A DNA stretch of 64,000 nucleotides from Gemmataceae bacterium (GTDB lineage Bacteria > Planctomycetota > Planctomycetia > Gemmatales > Gemmataceae). The DNA is taken from NCBI GenBank assembly GCA_965226945.1, contig OZ245717.1, forward strand, positions 6,784,062-6,848,061. The letters are read 5' to 3'. The notes below the pieces were generated by a model, which worked only from the letters and a program-made list of their open reading frames with translations, was not told the DNA's origin and did no database searches. Shown piece after piece: positions 1 through 12,200 of this stretch (positions are counted from its first letter, which is position 1; each line of letters starts with the position of its first letter). Made by a program: the position numbers and the translations under genes.

Positions 1-711
1 TTGTTTTTGGATAGCGATGCGAGCACTAAGACACTTGTTGTGCCGATCATTTGGCCGTGTCGCAATCCTGGGAAAAATACAGTCGAGGATTACTTGTCGG
101 ATCAGAACGCCGCCGATGCGAGCGCTTACGCTTTTGCTCGAGCGTTTGCCAAGTTTCTGGAATTCCAGGATGGCTCAAGTCGTGAAATTCCATGCAAGAA
201 ACGCATCCATGTATTAGCCCATTCCATGGGGAATCGGGTATTGCGAGAATCTCTGTTTGTTTGGGTCGAGAACATTCGGAATTACCAGCCGCCTCTTCTG
301 TTTAGAAGCACTTTCTTGGTTGCCGCCGATGTGGTCAATGAAACATTGGAAAATGACCAGCGAGGGAAATACATTACCATGGCTTCAAAAAACGTCCTCT
401 CTTACTTTAGTGGAGATGATTTGGCTCTCAGAGCGAGCAAAGCAATCAACGCTCGCGACGCCTCTCGCCGCCTTGGCCATACCGGCCCCTATGATTTTCG
501 AAAGGTTGCCGGGAATGTTTGGGGTATCGACTGTGATCGTGTTGGCCTTCGGTATGACCCCACCTATGGTCACACCTACTTTTTGGGGGCAGACAACGGG
601 GGGCCTGGCCTTGTATTCGATCATATTTTGCAAACCTTGCGACTCGGCAGGCCGCTGTCAGGAGTGATAGGAATCAATCGGCAGTTCGATATTGATGCAA
701 TTTTGGCGTAG
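1..711 (+). CDS. Alpha/beta hydrolase of DUF900 type, 5'-truncated by the window edge. Carries an AHSMGN nucleophile-elbow motif.
   Basis: The ORF has no start in the window and ends at TAG 709-711. The motif VLAHSMGNRVL matches the GHSMG elbow of DUF900-type alpha/beta hydrolases. Confidence 0.6.
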   Translation: MFLDSDASTKTLVVPIIWPCRNPGKNTVEDYLSDQNAADASAYAFARAFAKFLEFQDGSSREIPCKKRIHVLAHSMGNRVLRESLFVWVENIRNYQPPLLFRSTFLVAADVVNETLENDQRGKYITMASKNVLSYFSGDDLALRASKAINARDASRRLGHTGPYDFRKVAGNVWGIDCDRVGLRYDPTYGHTYFLGADNGGPGLVFDHILQTLRLGRPLSGVIGINRQFDIDAILA

Positions 712-1039
712 TTAGAAATAGACATTTGAAGTCATGCGTTTCATGGTGTTTAAATTGATATTTTTGTAGGGCTCAAGATGAATGAGACGCGGCTACCGCT
801 GCCCAATTTTGTAAGGAACCCACCATAAAGTCGCGAAGATCACCTAGATTTGGCTCCACTTGCCGTGAATTGTCAGCAAGGTGGCGGATTTCGGCCCATT
901 GATTCGTGCCTAGAAAAGACCAGAATGACGAAACTACGCTTCGGATTGCGGATGCACTTCTACATCAGTGAGTGATACGCTCTGGAGGTTTTATCTATGG
1001 AGCGAACATTTTTCAAATCTTGGCCGGCAGCCAGGGGCA

Positions 1040-1990
1040 TCATGATGGTGTCTTCCAGATTTTGACAGTTCCATCTGATGAACCTGTCGCGATCCATTCG
1101 CTGCTGGGATGGACCGTTACCTGATAGATGCGGCCTTTATGGCCGCGAAGCGAGACGACGGGGTTGGTAGGGCCTGAAAAGTCGCAGAGGTGCAGGCGTT
1201 GATCCTGGCCGGCGGCGGCGATCCATTTTCCGTTGGGGGCGGCCGAAAGGGATTCGATGGCCCCGCCGACGGTGTCGCGCGACATTTCGGCGCTTGCCAG
1301 GTTTCTTTTCCAGAGGGCGACGCCCCCGTTTTTGTTGCCGGTCACAATGCGCCCGTTCACGTCTGCGGCAATGGCTTCGAGCGGTGTTCCCAGTTTTTTC
1401 GATTCCGTGATTTCACCGTCGCCTAGAGAGATCGTGCGTAGGCGGGTGTCGGAGCAGGTGAGGGTGATGGAAACGGAACTGCTCCAGGCAAGGGAGACGA
1501 CTTTTTTGGGAACAGGAAGGAGTGTTTCCGCGAAAGCGCGATTGTGCCGGTTCCAGAGGACGATGCCCTTATCGCCACCGAGGGCAACTTGATTGCCATC
1601 GCGCGACAACGCCAGGCAGTGGACGATTCCCGCTGGCGTGTTTGTCCAGCTTTTCAGACAGGTGAGACCGTCAGCCTCGTGCAAGTGAAGCGAGCCATTA
1701 TCCAGGGCGATCAAGATCCCCGATTCGGTCGGCAGCATCGCCGTCACTTCGGCGGCCAGGTCCGCAGTCGCGATCGAGTTGCCTGCGGGATGGGCGTGGC
1801 AATGGAGCCGTTTTCCCGCGGTTGCCAACACTGCATCGCCTTGGTGAATCCAACAGACATGGGTGACTTTCTCACCACCGAGCGAAATGCTTTTCCACTC
1901 TTGGCCGCGATCAAGGATCCACCAGAGAAGGAAGCCGCCAAGGGTCAGAAGGAGGGCGCATACCCCAAACGGAACGGCACGGGAATTCAT
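1040..1990 (-). CDS. WD40-repeat protein with an N-terminal signal anchor
   Basis: 316-aa ORF. The hydrophobic N-terminus (CALLLTLGGFLLWWIL) is followed by repeated WD-like blades. The C-terminus IATGSSDGTVKIW is a classic WD40 signature. Confidence 0.7.
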   Translation of the reverse strand: MNSRAVPFGVCALLLTLGGFLLWWILDRGQEWKSISLGGEKVTHVCWIHQGDAVLATAGKRLHCHAHPAGNSIATADLAAEVTAMLPTESGILIALDNGSLHLHEADGLTCLKSWTNTPAGIVHCLALSRDGNQVALGGDKGIVLWNRHNRAFAETLLPVPKKVVSLAWSSSVSITLTCSDTRLRTISLGDGEITESKKLGTPLEAIAADVNGRIVTGNKNGGVALWKRNLASAEMSRDTVGGAIESLSAAPNGKWIAAAGQDQRLHLCDFSGPTNPVVSLRGHKGRIYQVTVHPSSEWIATGSSDGTVKIWKTPS

Positions 1991-2162
1991 GAAAAAGCCC
2001 GAATGAGATTCAAGAGGTCGCGAAAGCGGCGAGAACTGTTCACCGGTTGCGAGAGATCAAAGTCGAGGCCGCCCCCAGTCAACGAGGGTTCAATGTGGGA
2101 GAAGCCCACACATAGTCAGCTCGAGGCCCTTGGCCGAGGTACAGAAAAAGCCGAGGTACAGA

Positions 2163-3074
2163 TTAATCTAGGGAGGCGATGTCGTTGGCGGCGCGGGTGG
2201 CGAGGGCGACCCAGGATTGGGGTTTGATGGAGTTGTTGATCATGCGCACGGATCCATCGCAGAGGAGGAAGTTGACGCCGCTGGTATGGCGGCTCCAGAA
2301 GTCGTCGACATGGGCGATGGGGGCGTTAGGCACGTGGGGGAATTCCCCGGCAGTGGGGTCGTAGGTGCCGGTGTGACCGAGGAAGAGGGGGTGCGGAGGT
2401 TCGGGTTGATCGGGGTGATTGGGACCGAGTGACTTGGCGCCCAGGATCAGGCCGGTCCAGGTGCATTTGAGGAGGTTGGAGCTGCGTTCGCCGATGCAGA
2501 TGGTGTTGCTGGAGCCGTCGGTGATGTCGCCGATGCGAACGCGGCTATTGCGAAAGAAGACGCCGTCGCCGCGGGCGGGATCGTCGGAGATTTCCGGTCC
2601 ACCATAGACGCCGACGTAATTCGAGGGACCAACGGGGACCAGACCGTCTTGCGGCGTGAATGCAAGGGAGTGCGAATCGCTTGGGCAGAGGAAGTTTTTC
2701 ATGACCATTTTTGCGGCATCTTGATTGGATGCATGTTGAATGGGCAAGGATAAATTGATTTTTTTGTAGATATTGTCTTGTTCGACGTAGGGGAGGATCT
2801 GCGTGGCCCAGCCCCAGCCGGGGCCCTGGTCGTCGATGACGGCTGGGTTGGTTTCGAGATCGACATACCCGGAAGGAAACGACTGGTAGGTGCCGTGGTA
2901 GTTTTGTAGGGCCAGGCCGATTTGCTTGAGGTTGTTCGTGCAGCTCAGGCGGTTGGCGGCTTCGCGCACCTTTTGCACGGCGGGCACCAGGAGGCCGATG
3001 AGGACGGCGATGATCGCAATCACCACGAGCAGCTCAATCAGCGTAAAAGCAGTGCGCTTCGGTTGTCGGGCCAT
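2163..3074 (-). CDS. DUF1559 family protein: prepilin-type N-terminal cleavage/methylation helix plus C-terminal H-X9-DG motif
   Basis: The start was reassigned to the internal ATG (MARQPKRTAFTLIELLVVIAIIAVLIGLLVPAVQ), a pseudopilin-like N-terminal helix. The C-terminus HTSGVNFLLCDGSV gives H-X9-DG. The 5' extension in the ORF track is rejected. Confidence 0.8.
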   Translation of the reverse strand: MARQPKRTAFTLIELLVVIAIIAVLIGLLVPAVQKVREAANRLSCTNNLKQIGLALQNYHGTYQSFPSGYVDLETNPAVIDDQGPGWGWATQILPYVEQDNIYKKINLSLPIQHASNQDAAKMVMKNFLCPSDSHSLAFTPQDGLVPVGPSNYVGVYGGPEISDDPARGDGVFFRNSRVRIGDITDGSSNTICIGERSSNLLKCTWTGLILGAKSLGPNHPDQPEPPHPLFLGHTGTYDPTAGEFPHVPNAPIAHVDDFWSRHTSGVNFLLCDGSVRMINNSIKPQSWVALATRAANDIASLD

Positions 3075-3298
3075 GATGTCAATTCCCTCGCGGTGTTCGG
3101 TATAACGAGATGCGACCAAACGGGTATGACATAATAATATCCGACCTATGCTCCCAAGCAAGCATGGTTTTACTTTTTTCAATCGTTTTTGATGCGGTGG
3201 TGTAAGCCTCTGGGGTAAAAGGGTTTAGGAGTGTTGGTGCAGTGCATGTCCGCAAGCCGGGATTTCTTGACCGGCCTGCGGACTGCTTGATGCCGGTA

Positions 3299-6200
3299 TT
3301 ACTGGACGACGAGGGTGAAGGTCTGAGTTTGCGCCGAGCCGACGCCGTTGGCGGCCTGAACTTTGAGCACATAGGTTCCCTTCGATCCTGACAGCGGCGT
3401 TCCGGAAAGTAGGCCCGTGCTGGAAATGAGGGACAGCCCCGTGGGCAGCACGCCATCGAGCAGGGTAAAGAAGGGGTGCGGCGAGCCGGTGCCGGTGAAG
3501 GTGAATTGGCCCGCGACCCCTTCCTGAAAGGTGGCGGTATTGACGCTCGTAATCGCGCAGGCGGTCGGCGCCTGGTAGCCCAGGTTGACGACGCCACCCC
3601 CCGGGCTGGTCAAGAACGACGAGAGATAGGATTCGTTGAGGTCGTTGACGACGATCGGCTGCAGGCCGGAGTTGGCGGCCGCGCCGACCTGGCTGTTGCC
3701 GGTGCCAACCGCGCCCACGATTCCCGTGTCTCCCTTGACCCAGGTGACGGCGCCTGCGTTGGCACCACTGCCATTGGACCAGTTCGGACTCGAGATGAGG
3801 TAGTTGCCATTCGTGAAGAAGGTGACCCCGCCGCTGCCGACCTGATCGTTTTCGTGGCTGCCGACCAGGCTCGTTGCCTCGGTGACCAGGCCGCGAATGC
3901 CGGTGACGCTCGAACCCATGGTCACCGCGCCAGCTCCCTTGGCGCCGCCATTGGCCCAATTGGCGGAGCGAACCAAAATCTTGCCGTCGGGCAGTTCGAA
4001 CAGATCGCCGACGCCGATCATGTCGTCTGGCTTGGCGCCGACGAGACTATTGGCTGAATCGATCGTGCCGCTGAGTCCCGATTGGCCCTGGCCCATGGTC
4101 ATCGCGCCGGCGTTGGTCCATTTGGCGTTATCCCAGAAGGGGCTCGACACGAGGAAGTTGCCGTTGCTCAACAGGTCGATGCCGCCGGAGCCGACGGTGT
4201 CGCCGGCTTGGGAACCGATCAAGCTATTCGCAGCGTTGATCGCACCGACAAGTCCCTTGTCGCCATCGATCCAGGTAACGGCGCCCGCGTTTGCCGCCGT
4301 CCCATTATCCCAACTGGGGCTTTGCACCAGGAAGCGGCTGGCTTCAAGTAAGACAATGCCTCCGGAGCCAACCGAGTCGTTGGCTTGCGTGCCGATGAGG
4401 CTGTTGGCGGCGTTGATCGCTCCCGTGGCCGCCTTGGCACCGGATCGCACCGTGACGGCGCCGGCGTTTTGGGCTGCGCCATTGTCCCAGTTGGGGCTGA
4501 CAACCACATATCCGCCGTTCGGCAAGGCGACGATGCCGCCGCTGCCGAGCGTGTCGCCCGCGCTCGTGCCGGTCAGGCTGTTGGCCGCAGACACCGCACC
4601 GCTCAGGGGGGCGGTCGGCGTGCCCCATGTGATCGCTCCGGCCGAGGCCTGATCGTCCTTTTTCCAGAAGGGGCTGGAAATCACGAAATTGCCGTTGGAA
4701 AGCAGGACTGCTCCGCCGGAGCCGACCCGGTCGCCCGCCTGAGAGCCGACCAGGCTGTTGGCCGCGGTGATGGGGCCAACCATGGCATTCTGACTGTTGC
4801 CCAGGGTCATGGCACCTGCCTTCGAGGCGGAACCGTTGGCCCAGTTGGGACTCGAGATGAGATAGGCGCCATTGCCGAGCATGGTGAAGTCACCGCTGCC
4901 GACCGAGTCGCCTGCCTTGGTGCCGACCAGGCTATTGGCTGCCGAGACCGGGCCGCTGATTCCCAATTTTCCGTTGATCCAGGTGGCCGCGCCGGCGCCG
5001 GTTGCGCTGCCATTGCTCCAGTTGGGGCTTAGGACCACGACATTGCCATCGCCGGTAGTTTCGACTCCGCCCGAGCCGATCTGATCATTCGCTTTCGACC
5101 CGGTAAGACTGTTCGCCACGCTGAGCGCACCCGTGGTGCCGGTTGCCGCTTTGACGATCGTGATCGCGCCGGCGGACTTTTCCGTGCCATTGGCCCAGTT
5201 GGGACTCGACACGGCGTAGTTGCCGTCACTGGCCTTGGTGACGCCTCCGGAGCCGACTCGGTCATTGGCCTGGGTGCCGACGATGCTGTTGCTGGAACTG
5301 ACGGCGCCGGTGGTGCCGGTGAGGGAATTCGCCTGTGTGACGGCGCCCGCTTTGGCTGCGGAGCCATTGGCCCAGAGTGGACTGACCACGGCAATTTTGT
5401 CGTTGCCCACTTCGACCGCGCCGGCGCCATTGTTGTAGCCGACATAGCTTTGGTTCTGGGTGCCCACGAGACTGTTGGTGCTTGCGACCACGCCGGCGAT
5501 CGGCAGGTTGCCGTCCGCCACGGTCACCGCGCCTTTATTGTTGTCCCAGTTGTAGCTATTGATCAGGTAGTTGCCGCTGTTCAATTCCTGGATTCCGCCG
5601 CTGCCGACATTGGAGTAGTCGGTGCCGCCGACCAGGCTGTTAGCCGCGCTCAAGACGCCGCTGACGCCGGTGGCGCCACTGCCCCAGGTGGCCGCACCGC
5701 GCACCTTGTTCCACATCGGGCTCAGCACGACATAGTTGCCGTTTTTCAATGCCGTGATGCCGCCATAGCCGACCAGGTCGGCCGCGGTACTGCCAACCAG
5801 GCTATTGGTGGAAGAGACGGCGCCCGCAATGCCCACGCCGCCTTTCACCCAGGTGACCGCGCCTGCGTTGGAGGCGTCGACATTGTCCCAGTTGGGACTG
5901 CTAATCAGGAAGTTGACGGTATTTTCCAGTTGCAGAATGCCGCCGCTGCCGACATTGTCGTTGGCGGTCGAACCCACCAGGCTATTGCTCGGTGTGACCG
6001 CACCGACGATACCCAGTTTGCCGCTGGCCCAGGTCACGGCGCCCGCGTCGCCATTTTTGCCGTTATCCCAGAGGGGACTGCGCACGACATAGTCGCCGTT
6101 ACCAAGCACGGTGATGCCGCCGCTGCCCACCATGTCGCCTGTGCGCGTGCCCACAAGGCTGTTGGCCGCGTTGACCGGGCCGTTGACGCCGAAGGTGGCG

Positions 6201-9200
6201 TCGCCAAAGGTGATGGCGCCCGCCCGTTCCGACTTGCCATTGGCCCAGTTGGTGCTCTTGATGATGAATTTGCCACTTGGCAGCACGGTGACGCCATCGA
6301 AGCCGACCTTGTCGTTTTCGTGCGTGCCCCAGACGGAGCTGATGAGCGCGCCGGTCGCGCCATCGAACAGGTAGACCGCGCCCGCGTCGGTGCCGCCAAA
6401 ATCGTCAAGCGGCGAGGTGACCAAGATGTTGCCCGTATTGAGCGTGATGGTCTGTTTGCCAAACAGGTTGCCCGGGCTCGGATGCGGATCGAGGATTTGC
6501 GAGACGCTGCCGGAAAGATTGACGGTGATCACAAAGTTCTGAAAGACATCGGGCCCGATGCCGTTGCCCGCCTTGATCTGCAGCGAATAGGAGCCTCCCG
6601 CGTTCGAAGCGACGGTTCCCGAGAGCAAGCCGGTGGCGGCATTCAAGGTCATTCCGGAGGGCAAAACTCCGGATACGACCTGCCAGGTGGGAAGGGGATA
6701 GCCGATCGATGCAAACAGGAACGACGAGGGAGCGGCCGCCACGAAGGTCGCCTTGGCCGCGCTCGTGATCGAAGTCGGCTGATTGACCGCGAGCGTAAAG
6801 GCTTGCACCGCCGGAATGCCGACGCCATTGCTTGCCTGGATCTTCAGATCGTAGGCGGCGCCGGTGTTGGCCGCAGGCGTGCCGGAGATGACGCCGGTGA
6901 CGCCGTTGAAAACGAGTCCCTGGGGCAAAGTCCCCGCGACGATTGAGAATGTCGAAGTCGGGAAGGACTGGGCTGTGACCGTGAAGCTGCCGGTCGCGCC
7001 AACGGCGAAGGTCGCCTTGTTCGCGCTCGTGAATGTGGGGGAACCGCTCACATTGAGCGTGAATTTCTGAGTCGCGGCGGTGCCGACGCCGTTGGAGGCC
7101 TGAATGGTAAATGGGTAGACGCCGCTTGTTCCGCTGAAGGGGATGCCGGAGATGACGCCGGTCGTGGCATCGAGTTTGATCCCATCGGGAAGCAGGCCGG
7201 CAATGATCGAGAATGTCGGCGCGGGGAAGCCGGTTGCCGTCACGGTGAAGCTGCTGGGCGCATCGACAGAGAAGGTGGTGGTCGCCACGCTGGTGATCTT
7301 GGGCGCTTGATTCACAAAAAGCGTCAGGCTTTGCTGGGAAGGGGTGCCGACGCCATTGGACGCCTGCACCTTGAGCGCATAGGTGCCGACCGTGCCGGCG
7401 GCTGGGATGCCGGAAATGATTCCCGATTTGGAATCAAGCAAGAGGCCTGCCGGCAGGCTACCGGTGACGACCTGGTAAGTGGGCACCGGATAGCCGGTGG
7501 CCAAAATCGTGAACGAACCGGAAACCCCGAGGATGAAATCGGCCCGGTTAGGGCTGACGATCGCCGGGGTCTGATTGACATTGAGCGTGAATTGTTGAAT
7601 TGCCGGGTTGCCGACGCCATTACTGGCGCGGAAGGTCAACGGGTAGGCGCCGCCGGTGCCGACGGGGGGATTGCCCGCGATGACACCGGTTGCCGGATCG
7701 AAGGTCACACCGTCGGGCAATTTCCCGGCGATCAGTTCCAGCACCGGGGTGGGAATGCCAATGGTCGTCACCGTGAAGGTGTTGACCTTGCGCGCAGTGA
7801 ATGTAGTGGAACTTGGGCTCGTGAACCCAGGGGGCTGAGCCACGAACAATTGGAAATTCTGGGTGGCGTCGGGGCTGACTCCGTTGCTCGCCTGGAATTT
7901 CAGGTTGTACACGCCATTGGTGTTGGGGGCGGCGATGCCGGAAATCACCCCGGTGGCCGTGTTGAAATTGAGGCCCGCGGGCAGCGTGCCAGACAAGATC
8001 GCATAGGTCGGCCTGGGAAAACCGGTTGCGGTGACGGTGAAGTTGCCGCTGACGCCGATGAGGAACCCGGCCGATGGGTCGCTTGTGATGGCGGGGGCTT
8101 CGTTGACCGTCAGGGTGAAGTCTTGTGTCACCGAGGGGTTGATTCCGTTTTGTGCCAAAACGGTGAATTTGTAGGTGCCGCCGCTACCGGTTGCCGGGGT
8201 GCCGGAAAGTAGACCGCTGGCGCTCAGGGTGATGCCGCTGGGTAGTGCCGAGTTGGTGGTAAAGGTCGCGGCAGGGAAGCCTGAAGCGGTGATCTGGAAC
8301 GAGCCGGCCTTGTTCGCGAGGAAGGTCGCACTTGCCAGGCTGGTGAATTTGGGGCTCTGGTTGACAATAAGCTGCAAATCCTGGGTGGCGGCCGGGTTCG
8401 CCCCGTTGCTGGCGCGGACCTTCAGATTATAAATCCGGCCGGAGTTCGGCGCGGGATTGCCGGAGATCGTGCCATTGAAGGCATCGAAAGTCAGGCCGGC
8501 CGGGAGTGAACCGCTGGTGATGGAAAAGACCGGGTTGGGGAAACCGTTTGCCTTCATGGTGAAGCCACTGGCGACTCCGACCTGGAAGGTGGCGGTATTG
8601 GGGCTTGTGAATACAGGCGGCTGATTGATCGTCAGTGTGAAATCTTGCTTGGTGCCATCGCCCAGGCCGTTGGAAGCGGTGATGACCAGGTGGTAAATCC
8701 CGAAGGTGTTGGGCGCGGGGGTGCCGGATATGAGGCCGCTGGCGCTGAAACTCAAGCCCTGAGGCAGGATGGTTGTCGTGCTGAAGGTGGCGGGAGGGAA
8801 GGCTGCCGCGCTCACCTGGAAGCTGCCCGCTTTGCCCTCGGTAAAGGTCGTGTTGCTGGGGCTGGTGAAAACCGGCTTGTCGTTGACGGTCAGTGTGAAT
8901 TTCTGATTGACCGGCGAACCCAGGCCGTTGCTCGCCTGGAAGACTAGCGCATAATCGCCCAGGCCAGCCGCCGAGGGGGTGCCCGACAGGATGCCCGTGA
9001 CCGGGTCAAAGGTCACACCCGCAGGCAAGGTGCCGGAGAGCAACGCGAGCGTCACGGCCGGGTAGCCGTTGACTTCCACGGTGAAGCTGCTCGATGCGCC
9101 AGCGGGGAAGGCGGTGAAATCGGGGCTGGCAAACGACGGAACCTCGGAAATGGTCAGCGTGAAGGTTTGCGTGACCGGGAAGCCGACGCCGTTGGAAGCC

Positions 9201-12200
9201 CGGATCGTAAGCTGATGCACGCCGCCTGTGCCCGCTTCGGGAGTGCCGGAAAGTTCGCCGGTATCTCCATTGAGCGTCAGGCCCGCGGGTAAGGTACCGG
9301 AGGTGACCAACCAGAAGGGGTTGGGAAAACCGGTCGAGGTGAAGTGGAAGCTGCCCGCCGTGCCGACCGCGAACGACGCGGCGTTGACATTCGTGATGAC
9401 GACCGGTTGATTGACTGCGAGCGTGAAATCTTGCGTGATGGGCGCGCCGATGCCGTTGGCGGCCCGCAATACGAGCGGATAGAGTCCGCCCGTATTGGCG
9501 GCGGGGGTACCGGAAATGAGGCCCGTCGAGGCATCGAAGGTCACGCCGCTGGGCAGGGTGCCGGAAACGAGCGTCAAGGCAGGAACGGGGTAGCCGGCCA
9601 GCTTGACCGTGAAGCTGCCTGCGGTCCCCGCCGTGAAAGTGGTGCGATTGGGGCTGGCGAATGCGGCCGCTTCATTCACGACGAGCTTGAAATCCTGTGT
9701 GGCCGGGTTGCCGATGCCGGTGGTGGCGCGGAAGACCAGATCGTAAACGCCGCCGCTCAACTTGGCGGGGGTGCCGGAAAGCAGGCCGGTGGAGGCGTCG
9801 AAGGTCACCCCTGCGGGCAAGATGCCTGAAGTCATCGACAAGGTCACCGAGGGGAAGCCGACCGCCCGGACGGTGAAGTTCCCTGGGCTTCCCACCAGGA
9901 ACGTGGTCGAATTGGGGCTTAAAAATGCGGGATCCTGGCTGACGTTCAGGGTGAAGTCTTGCGTGACGGGGCTGCCGATGCCGTTGGCAGCCTGGAAGGT
10001 CAGGTTGTAAGTGCCCCCCGTGCCGATGGGTGGGTTGCCGGAAAGCAACCCCGTGGCCGCATCGAAGGAAACTCCATCGGGCAAGGAACCGGAGATCAGG
10101 GACAAGCTTGCTGTGGGAAAGCCGGAGGTCGTCACGTTAAAACTGTTCGCCACGCCGGTAGCAAACGAGATGGTGTTGGGGCTTGTGAATGTGGTCGCTT
10201 CGTTGACCTTCAAGGTAAAGGTTTGCGTACCGTTGGCGCCAATGCCGTTGGCGGCCACCACAAGGAGGGTGTAACTGCCGCCCGAGCCGGTCGCCGGCGT
10301 GCCGGAGAGGATGCCCGCGGCACTAAGCGTCAGGCCTTGCGGCAAGGTGCTTTCGGTGCTGAAAGTTGGTGTTGGGAAGCCGAAGCTCGTGAAGGTGAAG
10401 CTGCCGGCATTGCCCACGCTGAAGGTGGTTGTGTTGATGCTCGTGATCGATGGAGATTCGTTGACCGTCAGGGTGAAGTTTTGCGTCGCGGGCGAGCCCA
10501 CCTTATTCGCGGCTTGTATCGTCAGGTTGTAAACGCCACCCGTTCCCTTGGAGGGGTTGCCGCTTAGCAATCCCGTGGCGGTGTTGAAAGTGACCCCGGC
10601 GGGCAGGGCGCCCGTCAGGGAGAACGACGGTGCGGGATCGCCTGCCGCGGTGACGGTGAAGCTGCCCGTGGTCCCGACGACAAAGGTCGCGACTACGGCG
10701 CTGGTGAAACTGGGCGCAACGGGGGATTGAGTTGTCCCGAAAACCGCGCCGCCGACCGGTTGCGCCAGGAAGGGCGCATACACGGAATGATTGATGTTGT
10801 CGGCAACCGCCGGCTGTAGCAGTGCGTTCTTGGCGGTGCCGACGAGGCTCAAGTTGCTGCTGACCGTACCGCCGGGTGCCTGGTAGCCAAGGAGCACTGT
10901 GACGGCGCCGGCATCGATCAGGGAGCCGTTGTCCCATAGGGGACTATTGACCGCGAAGTTGCCGGTCATGAGGGGCAGAATGCCGCCGCTGCCGACGGCA
11001 TCGCCGGCGCTTGTACCAAGAAGGCTATTTGCGATGCTCACGAGCCCGGCCGACCCCTTGGTACCGTTGCCCCAGGTCACCGCGCCTGCATCGACCAAGC
11101 CGCCATGGTCCCAGTCGGGACTGGCGACGACAAAGTTGCCATTGAGAAGGGCCTTGACCGATCCGCCGCCGACATGGTCGCTTACCGAGGAACCGATCAG
11201 GCTGTTCGTGGCGCCAACCAAACCGGTGACGCCTAAGTCGCTCGATCCCCAGGTCACGGCGCCGGCATCGGTTTTGGTGCCATTGTCCCAGTTGGGGCTG
11301 CTGATCACGAAATGACCGCTGGTTAACACGGTCAGGCCGCTTGAGCCGACCGCATCGTCGCCGCTACCTCCCACCAGGCTATTGGCGATCGAAATGGCGC
11401 CGGCGATTCCCGATTTGCCGTTGCCCCAGGTGACGGCGCCTGCGGCCTGCTTGTTGCCATTGGCCCAGTTGGGGCTCAGGGCGACGAAGTTGCCGCCGGG
11501 CAGCGCGAACACTCCGCCCGAACCGGCATGGTCGTTGGCCGCGGCGCCGACGAGGCTGTTGCCCGCATCGACCGTTCCGAAGATTCCCGTCGAGCCGCTG
11601 GCAAAGGTCAAGGCGCCCAGATTGGCAGCGGTGGCGCTGTCCCAGTCGGGACTCTGCACCACATAGTTGCCGCCAGGCAGGACGGTGATGCCCTTGCTTG
11701 CGACCACGTTGTCGCTGCTGCCGCCGATGAGGCTATTGGCGGCGCTGATCGTTCCGGCGATGCCCGTGGCGCCGTTGCCCCAAGTCGCGGCGCCGGCATT
11801 GACCGCGGTGCCGTTGTCCCAGAAAGGACTGCTCACCACATAGTTGCCGTTCTCAAGGGACTTGATGCCGCTGGAACCGACGTTATCGCTGTTCGCACTG
11901 CCGACCAGGCTATTGGCGGCAGTGACTGCGCCCAATATGCCGTTCAGGCCGTTACCCCAGGTCGCCGCTCCGGCATCCTGCTGCGTGCCGTTGTTCCAGT
12001 TGGGGCTGTTCACCACATAGTTGCCATTGGAAAGTGCGGTCACTCCATCGCTGCCGATCCGGTCTTCGGGATTTGAGCCCACGAGGCTATTGGCGGCGCT
12101 GACGATTCCCGCGCCGCCGGCGGTGCCGAAGGTCGCGGCGCCGACATTGGCGGTAGAAGTCGAATTCCATTCGGGGCTGGCCACGACAAAGTTGCCATTG

